From: a virus
Virus record (IMG/VR): IMGVR_UViG_3300017917_003093
Coordinates: 2,507-66,506 of that record
Strand: one strand, 5' to 3'
Length of the DNA: 64,000 nucleotides
Below are positions 9,993-19,432 of the stretch, piece by piece (position 1 is the stretch's first letter; every line of letters begins with the position of its first letter). The notes below the pieces were generated by a model, which was not told the DNA's origin, searched no databases, and worked only from the letters and a program-made list of their open reading frames with translations. The translations under genes were made by a program, and so were the position numbers.

Positions 9993-9997
9993 TGATG

Positions 9998-10026
9998 TCA
10001 GGCAAGTTCGACTAAAACTTGCCTGA
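9998..10026 (+). other. 11-bp stem-loop between sheath and tube genes (terminator or stability element)
   Basis: TCAGGCAAGTT-N7-AACTTGCCTGA; no U-tract; TAAATA follows at 10038-10043. Confidence 0.6.
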
Positions 10027-10067
10027 TTCTGAGACCATAAATAAACATATATTAGGATGACACCCAA

Positions 10068-10694
10068 ATGACAACAGCCTCACTAACCAAACTGACAGTA
10101 CCATTGGCCAGCGACCAGAGCGCAAGCGCACAAGGTCTGCTGATGCCCAAACTCAAGTTCCGCTTCCGCGTGACTTTTTTGAATCTGGGCGTGTCACAAC
10201 CTACTACAGAACTAACCAAGCAAGTCATGGATTTTAGCCGTCCGCAGGTTACATTTGACAACATAGATTTGCCCATCTACAACAGTACTGTGCGGTTGGC
10301 CGGTAAACACTCTTGGTCAGACATCACTTGCCAAGTGCGTGATGATGCAGCCGGTAACGTGTCAAGATTGGTTGGCGAACAACTACAGAAACAACTGGAT
10401 TTCTTGGAGCAGAGTTCTGCTGCTTCAGGTATTGATTATAAGTTTACCACAGTTTTTGAAGTATTGGATGGCGGCAACGGTGCTAACACTCCGATCGCTC
10501 TTGAAACCTGGACTATCCTGGGTTGCTATCTACAAGGCGTCAACTACAATGATGCCAACTACGGATCCGGCACTGAACCCATGACAGTGTCAATGACCAT
10601 ACGTTACGACAATGCTCTGCAGACTCTTACTGGAGCAGATGTTGGTGTTGGCGCAACCATACCGTTGACGGTCAATAACGTAGCCACAGGCTAA
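10068..10694 (+). CDS. gp19: tail tube protein
   Basis: Follows the sheath gene; PKLKFRFRV, AGKHSWSDIT, MTIRYDNA tube-like pattern. Confidence 0.85.
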   Translation: MTTASLTKLTVPLASDQSASAQGLLMPKLKFRFRVTFLNLGVSQPTTELTKQVMDFSRPQVTFDNIDLPIYNSTVRLAGKHSWSDITCQVRDDAAGNVSRLVGEQLQKQLDFLEQSSAASGIDYKFTTVFEVLDGGNGANTPIALETWTILGCYLQGVNYNDANYGSGTEPMTVSMTIRYDNALQTLTGADVGVGATIPLTVNNVATG

Positions 10695-10700
10695 TCTTCA

Positions 10701-11909
10701 ATGGCTTTTGGTCAAGAAAATCTTCGACCATTTCCACCTGGTGAAGGGTTGCGTGATTATACTCACGCTTCTAAAACCTTTCGAGCAGGCGGCTATGACT
10801 TGGCGCCGCGCACCAAGTTCTTATTTTATGTGTACTTCAACTTAAATACCAACATACCTGCTGTGGCCAATCTCACATCAGGCGGCAAAGGCAGCACCAT
10901 TGGTCTTACTGTGAAAACAGCGCAGTTACCGGGCTACACGATAGATGTGGCCACCATGAACCAATACAATAGAAAACGTTTGGTCCAGACCAAGATTAAC
11001 TACAATCCGGTGCAGATAGTTTTCAATGATGATCACAGCGACTTGGTGCGCAACATGTGGTACCAATACTATCAGTACTACTACAGTGATCCGGTCTATA
11101 GATATGGCAACACTCCTAACCAGTCTGGCACCTTGGGAGAAATCAGCACCGCACTTAGTGGTTTCAGTTATTCTAGTAACGACACTTATCAAAGCAGCAG
11201 ACCTGTGCAAAAATGGGGTCTCAATGGGCAAGGATATACCAATCCTACCTTGCAAAGTCTGGCCAGTAGCCTGCTGACAGGACCGGCCAGTGGTCAAGAA
11301 CCGTTTTTCCGCGACATCACGATCTATGGCATGAGTCAAAAGACCTATGCTCAGTATACCATGATCAATCCATTGATCACTGACTGGACTCATGACACAC
11401 ATGATTATGGTCAGGGCAATGGCATCATGACTCATACTATGAGCATACGTTATGAAAATGTCAAATATTATTCAGGGGCAGTTGGTGGCGCCAACCCCAG
11501 TCCTGTGGTTTCTGGATTTGCTGATCCTGCCAACTACGATGTGCAAGACAGTCCTATCGCGCCTCCTGGTAGTACCGACACAGTGGAAGTACAAGGTACT
11601 ATCCGACCCAGCCCAAGTGGCAGCAAACAGGATCTACAATCTTTGGCCACAGGACAGAACACTCTGCAGAATGTGATAGGAGCAGTAGGGCAGGCTCTGG
11701 TGCCTACAGCGGCCAGTTTCTTGAATGGCCAGTTGGCAGGGTCCGGTGCATTGGGTTCCGCAGTGGTAGCAGGGCTTGGAGTTGCTGCTGGCATAGGTGT
11801 ACCTGGCAGTATTGGGCAAGTACCCAATGGTTCTGGTGGCATGAACTTCCCTACACCAGCAGGCGTAGATGCAGCTACCAAACTTAAAAATCTTATCAGC
11901 GGAGGTTAA
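10701..11909 (+). CDS. tail-tube-like baseplate junction protein (gp48/gp54-like) with Gly/Ala-rich tail
   Basis: VKTAQLPGYTIDVATMNQYNRKR...YNPVQIVFNDD tube-fold paralog pattern; position after the tube gene. Confidence 0.6.
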   Translation: MAFGQENLRPFPPGEGLRDYTHASKTFRAGGYDLAPRTKFLFYVYFNLNTNIPAVANLTSGGKGSTIGLTVKTAQLPGYTIDVATMNQYNRKRLVQTKINYNPVQIVFNDDHSDLVRNMWYQYYQYYYSDPVYRYGNTPNQSGTLGEISTALSGFSYSSNDTYQSSRPVQKWGLNGQGYTNPTLQSLASSLLTGPASGQEPFFRDITIYGMSQKTYAQYTMINPLITDWTHDTHDYGQGNGIMTHTMSIRYENVKYYSGAVGGANPSPVVSGFADPANYDVQDSPIAPPGSTDTVEVQGTIRPSPSGSKQDLQSLATGQNTLQNVIGAVGQALVPTAASFLNGQLAGSGALGSAVVAGLGVAAGIGVPGSIGQVPNGSGGMNFPTPAGVDAATKLKNLISGG

Positions 11910-11912
11910 CAC

Positions 11913-12272
11913 ATGGCCTCAGTCAACGCTGTCAACAACAAAACCGATCTTACAGTACAGATCTTTGATAGATTTTATGGATATCAACAACAGGTACCAG
12001 TGGAGGCCTACGATGCTGTGCTGAGCTATTTCAAATCGGTGTTTGATTCGTTAGAGGCCGCTGGTAACTTCACTGTGAGCCTGTTTCGTATTAGCCAGGT
12101 ATCTGGCATACCCGTAATGACCTTGTTGCAACAGTTTCAAGGACTCAGCGCACCTGAGATCAATCTTACCTTGGCTTACTACCTCAATGGTGTAAGAAGT
12201 TCCAGCACGCTGCTGGGAGTCAACACACCCACACAACCCAACTATTATGTGGCCAGAAACATCAGGAACTGA
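11913..12272 (+). CDS. hypothetical virion-module protein
   Basis: ORF tightly packed in the tail operon. Confidence 0.7.
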   Translation: MASVNAVNNKTDLTVQIFDRFYGYQQQVPVEAYDAVLSYFKSVFDSLEAAGNFTVSLFRISQVSGIPVMTLLQQFQGLSAPEINLTLAYYLNGVRSSSTLLGVNTPTQPNYYVARNIRN

Positions 12273-12275
12273 CAC

Positions 12276-12719
12276 ATGGCCAACTTTCGGCAAGGCATTT
12301 ATACTGTAAAAAATCCTGTCAAGTACGTGGGAAAAAATACTCCCAGATACAGATCTGGTTGGGAACTCACATTCATGATGTTTCTTGACACCAATGATAA
12401 CATTCTGCAGTGGGCCAGCGAAAGCATTAGTATACCTTATCGTAATCCCATAACCGGAAAACAAAGCATGTATGTGCCAGATTTCTTTGTTACCTATCGC
12501 AGCCGAAACAACACTACTCGTGCTGAGCTGGTAGAAATCAAACCCAAGAAACAAAGCATAATCGAAAGCAAGGCCAGTGATAGAGATCGTGCTGTGGTAG
12601 CTGTAAACTATGCCAAATGGGATGCAGCCACTAAGTGGGCACGTCGCAATGGGCTAACTTTTAGAGTTATCAACGAAGATCAGATATTCCATCAAGGCAA
12701 TAAAAAAACCGGTAAATAG
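12276..12719 (+). CDS. gp4: head completion nuclease (T4 gp4/TnsA-like)
   Basis: KNPVKYVG, YRSGWE, WASE, YVPDF, VEIKP, NYAKW motifs. Confidence 0.85.
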   Translation: MANFRQGIYTVKNPVKYVGKNTPRYRSGWELTFMMFLDTNDNILQWASESISIPYRNPITGKQSMYVPDFFVTYRSRNNTTRAELVEIKPKKQSIIESKASDRDRAVVAVNYAKWDAATKWARRNGLTFRVINEDQIFHQGNKKTGK

Positions 12720-12722
12720 GGT

Positions 12723-12872
12723 ATGCCTATTTTCCTTTACAAAAAGACTCACAAAGACACAGGTCTAAAATATCTTGGCAAAACCATTGCCGGCGATCCC
12801 TACGCTTATCCAGGTTCCGGAGTGACATGGAAAGTGCTCAATGGTAAAAGAGTTTGGGTAGAAGTATTATGA
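12723..12872 (+). pseudogene. 49-aa internally deleted GIY-YIG homing endonuclease remnant (still an open mini-ORF)
   Basis: Translation MPIFLYKKTHKDTGLKYLGKTIAGDPYAYPGSGVTWKVLNGKRVWVEVL; below the ORF-track cutoff. Confidence 0.75.
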
Positions 12873-13369
12873 CAAGGAAATTAGAGGAGCTTTTTGACCT
12901 ACCACCGTCTGGGTGCGACAGCGAAACCGCCGACGAGCCCACTACTATTCCTGCCACCCAACTGGCTTTGCAGGAGATAGATGCCACTATAGACAAGATT
13001 GATCAAGCCCTACCTGCTGTGCGAGGGCTAGACGCATCAGATGCTGAAATGGATGAACTGGCCACAAAAGCCCAAGAAACATTTGACAACTTGATGGATC
13101 TAGGATTCAATGTGGACAGCAGGTATGCCAGTGAGATATTTGCTGTAGCAGGAACCATGCTGGGACATGCGCTCACAGCCAAAACTGCCAAGCTCAATAA
13201 AAAGCTCAAAATGGTGGATCTACAGTTGAAAAAACTAAAGATGGATCAAGACCAGGCCAGCAAGGCCGGTGACGAGCCCATGGAAACAGCACACGGACAG
13301 GTGCTGAGCCGCAATGATCTTTTGGAACGCCTGTTGTCCAGCAGAGATCAAAACAATGGCAAAGCATAA
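12869..13369 (+). CDS. helical late protein, possible terminase small subunit
   Basis: ATG overlaps the mini-ORF stop (ATGA); helical/coiled-coil; function inferred from size and context only. Confidence 0.45.
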   Translation: MTRKLEELFDLPPSGCDSETADEPTTIPATQLALQEIDATIDKIDQALPAVRGLDASDAEMDELATKAQETFDNLMDLGFNVDSRYASEIFAVAGTMLGHALTAKTAKLNKKLKMVDLQLKKLKMDQDQASKAGDEPMETAHGQVLSRNDLLERLLSSRDQNNGKA

Positions 13370-13390
13370 ATATCATATAGGAACACAAAC

Positions 13391-13999
13391 ATGAAAAAAT
13401 TTCAAGAATATCTAGCCGAAAGCCAAAAAACCTACAACTACAGGATCAAAATTGTGGGTGATGTTGAGCCTGCTGTGATCAAGGCTCTTGAGGAAAAACT
13501 CAAGCAGTTTGATCCTGTAAAGGTTTCGTCTGTTAAGAAAACACCTATCCAACTCAAACCTGCAGACTTTCCAGCACATGCCAATGAGAGTGTGAACAGC
13601 ATGGATTGTGAGTTCCGTTATCCAGCCATTGAACCACAGATACAACAGATCGCTCAGTTGTTGGGTCTTGATCCCAACCGTATCCGCATGTTGACCACAA
13701 CCTATGAAGATAGTCTGATTGATGAAAAAGAAAAGATTGAAGTAGAAAACAAAGATCTACTCACAGACACCGATTATCCTGCTCCAGATGCAGAACAAAA
13801 AGCTCTCAGCAAAGATTATTCAGCAGATCCTTACCAACATGCTGTATTGAAGAATGCCTATCGCAGCGAGTTCACCGTAGCTGGTGGCAAGACACCTCCA
13901 GCCGAAACCACAAATGATTTGCCTATGGGAGTCAAGAGTCCCATGACCAATGTCAAACGTCCGCCACGTCCAGCCACCGGCGCCAACCCAAGAGGATAA
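13391..13999 (+). CDS. putative head-internal protein
   Basis: N-terminus MKKFQEYLAE resembles the T4 IP capsid-targeting sequence; TAAATA at 13367-13372. Confidence 0.6.
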   Translation: MKKFQEYLAESQKTYNYRIKIVGDVEPAVIKALEEKLKQFDPVKVSSVKKTPIQLKPADFPAHANESVNSMDCEFRYPAIEPQIQQIAQLLGLDPNRIRMLTTTYEDSLIDEKEKIEVENKDLLTDTDYPAPDAEQKALSKDYSADPYQHAVLKNAYRSEFTVAGGKTPPAETTNDLPMGVKSPMTNVKRPPRPATGANPRG

Positions 14000-14003
14000 C
14001 AAC

Positions 14004-15761
14004 ATGGATTTTTTTCACAACCTTAATCGCAAACTCGATCAGATCGCGAGCAAACCCGACAATATCAAGGAGACTGTGACCGAAAGCATAGGCAGCACTT
14101 CTGGATTCCTAGAAGGTTCGACCGGTGACTATTCTGCCAAGAAGGCACGTGCTGGCAAAGACATTGGCAAGCCTGGCAAGATGTTTTCAAAGATTGCCAA
14201 ATCAGCTGGCGAACGTTATGGCTCCAAAGAGCGTGGCGAGAAAGTGGCAGGCGCTGTGTTGGCCAAGCTACGCAAAGGCGCCAAAGAAGCCATTGATCCC
14301 AGCCTGGAAGAAGCTGACATGGAAGAAGGCAACGAGTTTTCAGGTGCATTGGCCAAGGCCAAGGCCTCTGGTGCAAAGAGTTTTGAAGTGGATGGCAAAG
14401 AGTATCCAGTCAAGGAAGGCGCCAAGCCCGACTACATTGACCTCGACAAGGACGGCGATCGCAAAGAAACCATGAAAAAAGCTGCCGCGGATGCCAAGAA
14501 AGAAAAAGTAGAAGAGAAAAAAGAAAAAATATTGTGGCCAGGTTCTCCCGAATACAAGGCCAAATATCCAGATGAGCTCCGCACTGGTGAAAAGAGAAAA
14601 TCCTCTACCGGTGGAGAGATTGAAAAAACCGCCACTGGTATCCGGCACACTGCCAAGGCTTACGATGATGAAGAAGATACTAAGGTCGACGACGGCACAC
14701 CTAAAAAACGTGGTCGTCCAAAGGGCAAAGATAAAGGACCTGAACGTGTGACAGCCAAGGCTTGGAAACACAAAGGTGGCCGCAAACAAAAGACTGAAGA
14801 AGATCTTGACACCGATGGTGTGATGATGAATAAGCCTAGCAACATGAGTAGTGAAGACATTGAAGTTGATAGCATAGCTCTCACAGACAAAGGCGAATAT
14901 GATCAAGAAGGTGACATGGCCAAGGATCAACTGCATACTTTGACCAAGGCCGCAGAAGAGTTGGCCAGCATTCTTGATGATGACCAAAACTTGCCAGAGT
15001 GGGTTCAAAGCAAGATTACCAAGGCTTTGGACTATATCAAGACAGCCAACGACTATATGGATCAAGAAGCACATGATGCCGATGAACCCATCGCTGAAAA
15101 AGCCGTGAGTCAACAACAACAAAAATTCATGGGCATGGTACATGCTATGCAAAAAGGTGAGAAAGTCAAAGGCGCCAGCAAGGAACTAAAGAAAGTGGCC
15201 AAAGAAATGCCCAAGAAAGCTGCCAAGGATTATGCAACCACCAAGCATGCAGGCTTGCCCAAGAAAGTCAGCGAGACCGATTCTGAACCCAAGGCCGCCA
15301 AGAGCAAGAGCGGGTATCAGTTTGGCAAAGGTGTCTATGAAAGCCTGGATCAACAGTTCAAACAGGTGTTGAATGAAGGCATGAACATCACAGTGAACAT
15401 GGGGCAAGATGAAAACGGTCAACCCAATAAGAATATCACTGTCAGTGCTGATGGAGACGACGCTGAAGCATTGGCCGCATTGTTGAAGATGGCCGGCCTG
15501 CAAGAAAAATCTAGTTGCGGTTGCGGTCAGACTCCTTGCGGTTGCCAAGAACTAGATGAGAACTCCCCCGATTGGCCCACAAACACTGAGACCTCTGATG
15601 ATGCCATGCAATATTCAGGCGGACTCAACGGTCCTAAATCCACAGGACAGACCACAGTGCCTGTGATTGCCAGCCAACTACGCCGCCAGGTATCCATGGA
15701 AGAATCAGTGGAACTTGAGCGTAGCCTGTTCCAACTTTATCAGAACTACAAAGTCAAATGA
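14004..15761 (+). CDS. highly charged modular protein, putative prohead core/internal polyprotein
   Basis: AGAGGA SD then ATG 14004; short modules separated by xxE motifs; AT-hook-like KKRGRPK; DLDKDGD loop; AVSQQQQKFMG module. Confidence 0.65.
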   Translation: MDFFHNLNRKLDQIASKPDNIKETVTESIGSTSGFLEGSTGDYSAKKARAGKDIGKPGKMFSKIAKSAGERYGSKERGEKVAGAVLAKLRKGAKEAIDPSLEEADMEEGNEFSGALAKAKASGAKSFEVDGKEYPVKEGAKPDYIDLDKDGDRKETMKKAAADAKKEKVEEKKEKILWPGSPEYKAKYPDELRTGEKRKSSTGGEIEKTATGIRHTAKAYDDEEDTKVDDGTPKKRGRPKGKDKGPERVTAKAWKHKGGRKQKTEEDLDTDGVMMNKPSNMSSEDIEVDSIALTDKGEYDQEGDMAKDQLHTLTKAAEELASILDDDQNLPEWVQSKITKALDYIKTANDYMDQEAHDADEPIAEKAVSQQQQKFMGMVHAMQKGEKVKGASKELKKVAKEMPKKAAKDYATTKHAGLPKKVSETDSEPKAAKSKSGYQFGKGVYESLDQQFKQVLNEGMNITVNMGQDENGQPNKNITVSADGDDAEALAALLKMAGLQEKSSCGCGQTPCGCQELDENSPDWPTNTETSDDAMQYSGGLNGPKSTGQTTVPVIASQLRRQVSMEESVELERSLFQLYQNYKVK

Positions 15762-16552
15762 AAACTCTAAAAGAATACATCGTTGAAAGTGCCAAATGGA
15801 TGGAATCGCCTGCCGAAGGTGACACCTTTGCCATTGAGTTACCCGATGAAGTACTGTGCGAAACCTATATCATCGAAGTAGCTGACGATTGTATACTATT
15901 AGATTCAACCGAAGAAATCAACCGTGCTTTGGCAGAATGGGCCACATTGGAGGACACCGACGAAGGTGATTCAGGCGTGATCATGGAAACCATGGGCTAT
16001 GGTACTCTTGTTGGTGAAGGCTCAATGAAAGATCTAGCTATCGAGCTAGAAGATTACAAACGTATGAGCCCACAACAGTTTTATTCTGCCTACGGTCAAC
16101 GCAAAGCCGATTGGGCCATGGCAAATCACGATCTTTTGATGAAACACAATCTCCAGGTAGACTTTACTGGCAAAAGCGGGTTTGATTATACACGTAAACC
16201 CAACATGGAAGATCAAGATGCGGCTACAGTTGCAGCAAAGGAAGTGGCCATTGATACAGCACAGCGCATGGCCACAGACGAAGCTGAGTATCAGGGGCGT
16301 AAAGTTCCCTTGGGCAAACCCATGCGAGGCGATGTGAAAAAGTTCAAAGTCTATGTCAAAGATCCTGCCACTGGTAACGTTAAAAAAGTAAACTTTGGTC
16401 ACGGTGGCACCTCGGCCAAGCGCCTGGGTCAAAAAACCATGAAGATCAAGAAATCTAATCCCGCACGCCGCAAATCATTCCGTGCTCGTCACAACTGTGA
16501 CAACCCAGGACCAAGAACCAAGGCAAGATATTGGTCTTGCCGTGCATGGTAA
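15758..16552 (+). CDS. putative head-internal protein with basic C-terminal domain
   Basis: MKTLKEYIVE N-terminus; C-terminal KKFKVYVKDP..NVKKVNFG...RRKSFRARHNC...ARYWSC module that I recall from T4-like phages. Confidence 0.65.
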   Translation: MKTLKEYIVESAKWMESPAEGDTFAIELPDEVLCETYIIEVADDCILLDSTEEINRALAEWATLEDTDEGDSGVIMETMGYGTLVGEGSMKDLAIELEDYKRMSPQQFYSAYGQRKADWAMANHDLLMKHNLQVDFTGKSGFDYTRKPNMEDQDAATVAAKEVAIDTAQRMATDEAEYQGRKVPLGKPMRGDVKKFKVYVKDPATGNVKKVNFGHGGTSAKRLGQKTMKIKKSNPARRKSFRARHNCDNPGPRTKARYWSCRAW

Positions 16553-16567
16553 TAAGGAAAAACAACA

Positions 16568-16858
16568 ATGGCCGCAAATGTATACACAAGTCTAGCAAAT
16601 GCCACAGTTTACACTGATAAACTGCAGATCTCTACCACAGCCAATGCTGTGACCTATCAGGTCTATGCCACAGCACTAGGCAGCGCGGTAGCTGCTGGCA
16701 ACATATACTCAGCGCCTATCAACATTCCGGCTAACACTGTGTTTGAGGTCTATGCCGGAGCCGGCAACAAAGTCACAGTCACAGGTACGCCATTCACTGC
16801 CTTGGAACTAGGCACCGCAAGTTCAGCTCAATCAGGTGTAATCGGCGGAGGTGCTTAG
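16568..16858 (+). CDS. small beta-rich virion protein (hypothetical)
   Basis: TAAGGA SD; Ala/Thr-rich 96 aa. Confidence 0.7.
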   Translation: MAANVYTSLANATVYTDKLQISTTANAVTYQVYATALGSAVAAGNIYSAPINIPANTVFEVYAGAGNKVTVTGTPFTALELGTASSAQSGVIGGGA

Positions 16859-16860
16859 TC

Positions 16861-17232
16861 GTGCGAGCCCAAGAGTTCGTGACAGAGGCTAAGTCTGGCA
16901 AAATAGGTCGTCGTAGACAAAGTGCCACACGAGGCCTAAACAAATTTCGCGACAGTGAATTCCAAGATCGTATCTATGAACTCAATCGTGTGATGATGGC
17001 CGCGGCCTGCAGTGACGGAACCACACCCATTAACATGGATGGCGAGTCATGGGCTGGTCGCTACAACACAGCACATCCTTATACCGAAGTAGAACAACGC
17101 ATGTTAAAACAGGCTTTCAAAGCCTGTGGATCAGAGTGGGAAGACATCAATCGGGGCGACATGGATTCTGAAGAGTTAAAAAGCACCAATACTCACAGTC
17201 CTATTCAAAGTTTCAAAGGATATCCTCGATGA
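16861..17232 (+). CDS. putative internal protein, paralog 1
   Basis: GTG start after GGAGG; MRAQEFVTE N-terminus; ends SPIQSFKGYPR. Confidence 0.75.
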   Translation: MRAQEFVTEAKSGKIGRRRQSATRGLNKFRDSEFQDRIYELNRVMMAAACSDGTTPINMDGESWAGRYNTAHPYTEVEQRMLKQAFKACGSEWEDINRGDMDSEELKSTNTHSPIQSFKGYPR

Positions 17233-17612
17233 GAGCTCGAGAATTCATAACAGAACAACGTGCAAAACTGCCAGTTGAAGCATCTGCACCCATGCATGAT
17301 ACCTATATGTTGCCTGGTCTGCGTAACAATGATGCTTATCGTAGTTACAGATTTGGTGTAGCTATGGCACGTGCTCGAGCTGACATTGGTGGAGCTGGCA
17401 AAGATTTGCCAGCCTGGAACTCAGAAAGTGCCATGGGCATGTATGGTATTGTTTCGGGCTTTGACGAAAATGTAGATCCTGTGATTGATCTGGCACTCAA
17501 AATGACCGACATACCTGGTGGCAAGATTCCGGTAAGTTCAGATGACAGTGAAGAACCTGCTTATGTTGATTCAACTAGTCCTATAAAACCGTTCAAAGGA
17601 TATCCGCGATAA
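17229..17612 (+). CDS. putative internal protein, paralog 2
   Basis: MRAREFITE N-terminus; ends SPIKPFKGYPR. Confidence 0.75.
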   Translation: MRAREFITEQRAKLPVEASAPMHDTYMLPGLRNNDAYRSYRFGVAMARARADIGGAGKDLPAWNSESAMGMYGIVSGFDENVDPVIDLALKMTDIPGGKIPVSSDDSEEPAYVDSTSPIKPFKGYPR

Positions 17613-17911
17613 TGGCCAATCCGCCACCACCATATGATGATTTGACTGGTATCAGTCGCACTGTGATGAAAGACAATGCGCAGGAGACTGTGACTAACTA
17701 CAACGGCAATGCTAGACCTGCCGAAATGACTGTGAACATCAACACCAATGAAATCTACATTGGCAATGCCACTGGAGCACTTACAAAAGTAATACAGGCA
17801 ACAGGAGCAAATGTTTTCCTTGGCAACGTGCGGGTGGCCAACAGCACCGCAGGCTTACAAGCCCTGTATTTTGATCCTGCCACCGGCGAGATCGTGCGCT
17901 ACCAGCCCTAA
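17612..17911 (+). CDS. small structural hypothetical protein
   Basis: TAATG overlap; Asn/Thr-rich. Confidence 0.7.
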   Translation: MANPPPPYDDLTGISRTVMKDNAQETVTNYNGNARPAEMTVNINTNEIYIGNATGALTKVIQATGANVFLGNVRVANSTAGLQALYFDPATGEIVRYQP

Positions 17912-17926
17912 ACTAAATATAGTATT

Positions 17927-19420
17927 ATGGCATTTCCAGAACCAACCGAAGTAGCACCGTGGTATCTACGTAATATCACCCAGGCTCTTGAGCTCAACAC
18001 AGCCACGGGTCAGGTGTTTGTGCGTACCAACGCCACTGTGGGAAATCTCACAGTGGGCAATGTCAACGTGGGCAATGTTGATATCCGGACACTGGGCAAT
18101 GTAGACATCTCTAGCAATACTCTACCGGTCACAGTAGAATCTGGCAACATCACAGTGTTCCAAGGTACAACACCTTGGTCGGTCACAGGCAATGTCACCG
18201 CTAACATTTCGGGTGGTAACGTAACCACATCTATAACTGGCACCAATCTTGATGCGTTTGGTCGCCTGCGTGTTTCAAATCCAGTTACATTGTTTGACAG
18301 TCAAAACATGTATGTGGATGGCGGTCAGTTTTCAAATGTAACAACCACTGGAGGAACTATAACCTATGTGGCCAACGAAAGCAGTTTTAATCTTGCTGTG
18401 ACCGCGGCCAATGGAAGCAGTGTGATCACCCAGGCCAAGACCACACAGCCTTATCAACCAGGCAAGAGCCTGCTGACCATGGAGTCATTTTGCTTTGCCA
18501 CCTTGGCCGCAGGATGCCGCCAACGAGTGGGCTATTTTACCGACAACAACGGTGTGTATTTTGAAGCCGATGGCACTACTCTGTATCTTGTGATCCGTAG
18601 CAAGGCTTCGGGCACCGTGGTCGAAGAACGTGTGGCACAGGAAGACTGGAACACCAACACTCTAAAAACAGCCACCAGCCCTAATCCGTCGGGCTACATT
18701 CTCAACCCGGCCTTGGTCAACATATTCTGGTGTGACATAGAATGGCTGGGTGTGGGATCGGTGCGTGCTGGCTTTGTGATCAACGGTGAATTTGTAGTGT
18801 GCCACACATTCCAGCATGCCAATCAAAGTGGCAATGTCACGGTGTATATGACCGCGGCCACACTCAATCCCAGATACGAGATTACAAATACCAGTGCCAC
18901 AGCAGGTGCCAGGACCATGAAACAGATCTGCTCCACTGTGATTTCAGAAGGTGGCTATTCACCAACCCCGGCCATTGGTTTTGTGGGCAGTGGCATCCAA
19001 GCCACCAGACTGTCCACAGGCAACGTGTATACCAATCTGGCAACCATTCGACTGAATCCAGCCTGTATAGATGCTGTGGTCCTGCCATCCCAGATTGATC
19101 TCTTACTCACAGATGTGCAGTATGGTTCCTGGCAGTTGGTGTTGGGTGCCAGCAACGTGGCTGGTCTGACCTATGCCAATGTCAACGGTGGTGTGGTCCA
19201 GGCCAACACCAGTCCTGTGCAGATTGGCGATGGCACCGTGGTCTATGGCGGTGTAACCAGCAGCCGAGATACATTTACTGTGGGCGAAGATATTGCAAGA
19301 CGCTTACAACTGAGTAGACACGCTAATGGCACACCAATAACTTTGACCTTATGTGCAGGATACAACAACAACAATGCTGACCTTATCTGGAGATTTGGTT
19401 GGAGCGAAGTAACTAACTAA
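17927..19420 (+). CDS. virion structural protein (GNV-repeat stalk plus beta-sandwich domain)
   Basis: TAAATA 7 nt upstream; repeated GNV/GNI; DAFGRLRVSNPVTLFDS motif. Confidence 0.6.
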   Translation: MAFPEPTEVAPWYLRNITQALELNTATGQVFVRTNATVGNLTVGNVNVGNVDIRTLGNVDISSNTLPVTVESGNITVFQGTTPWSVTGNVTANISGGNVTTSITGTNLDAFGRLRVSNPVTLFDSQNMYVDGGQFSNVTTTGGTITYVANESSFNLAVTAANGSSVITQAKTTQPYQPGKSLLTMESFCFATLAAGCRQRVGYFTDNNGVYFEADGTTLYLVIRSKASGTVVEERVAQEDWNTNTLKTATSPNPSGYILNPALVNIFWCDIEWLGVGSVRAGFVINGEFVVCHTFQHANQSGNVTVYMTAATLNPRYEITNTSATAGARTMKQICSTVISEGGYSPTPAIGFVGSGIQATRLSTGNVYTNLATIRLNPACIDAVVLPSQIDLLLTDVQYGSWQLVLGASNVAGLTYANVNGGVVQANTSPVQIGDGTVVYGGVTSSRDTFTVGEDIARRLQLSRHANGTPITLTLCAGYNNNNADLIWRFGWSEVTN

Positions 19421-19432
19421 AAGAACAATAAC

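Noticed and set aside
14340-15152. 270-aa antisense ORF and many similar shadow ORFs in the track
   Set aside because: Opposite well-supported genes, no promoter or RBS, and composition mirrors the sense-strand codon bias
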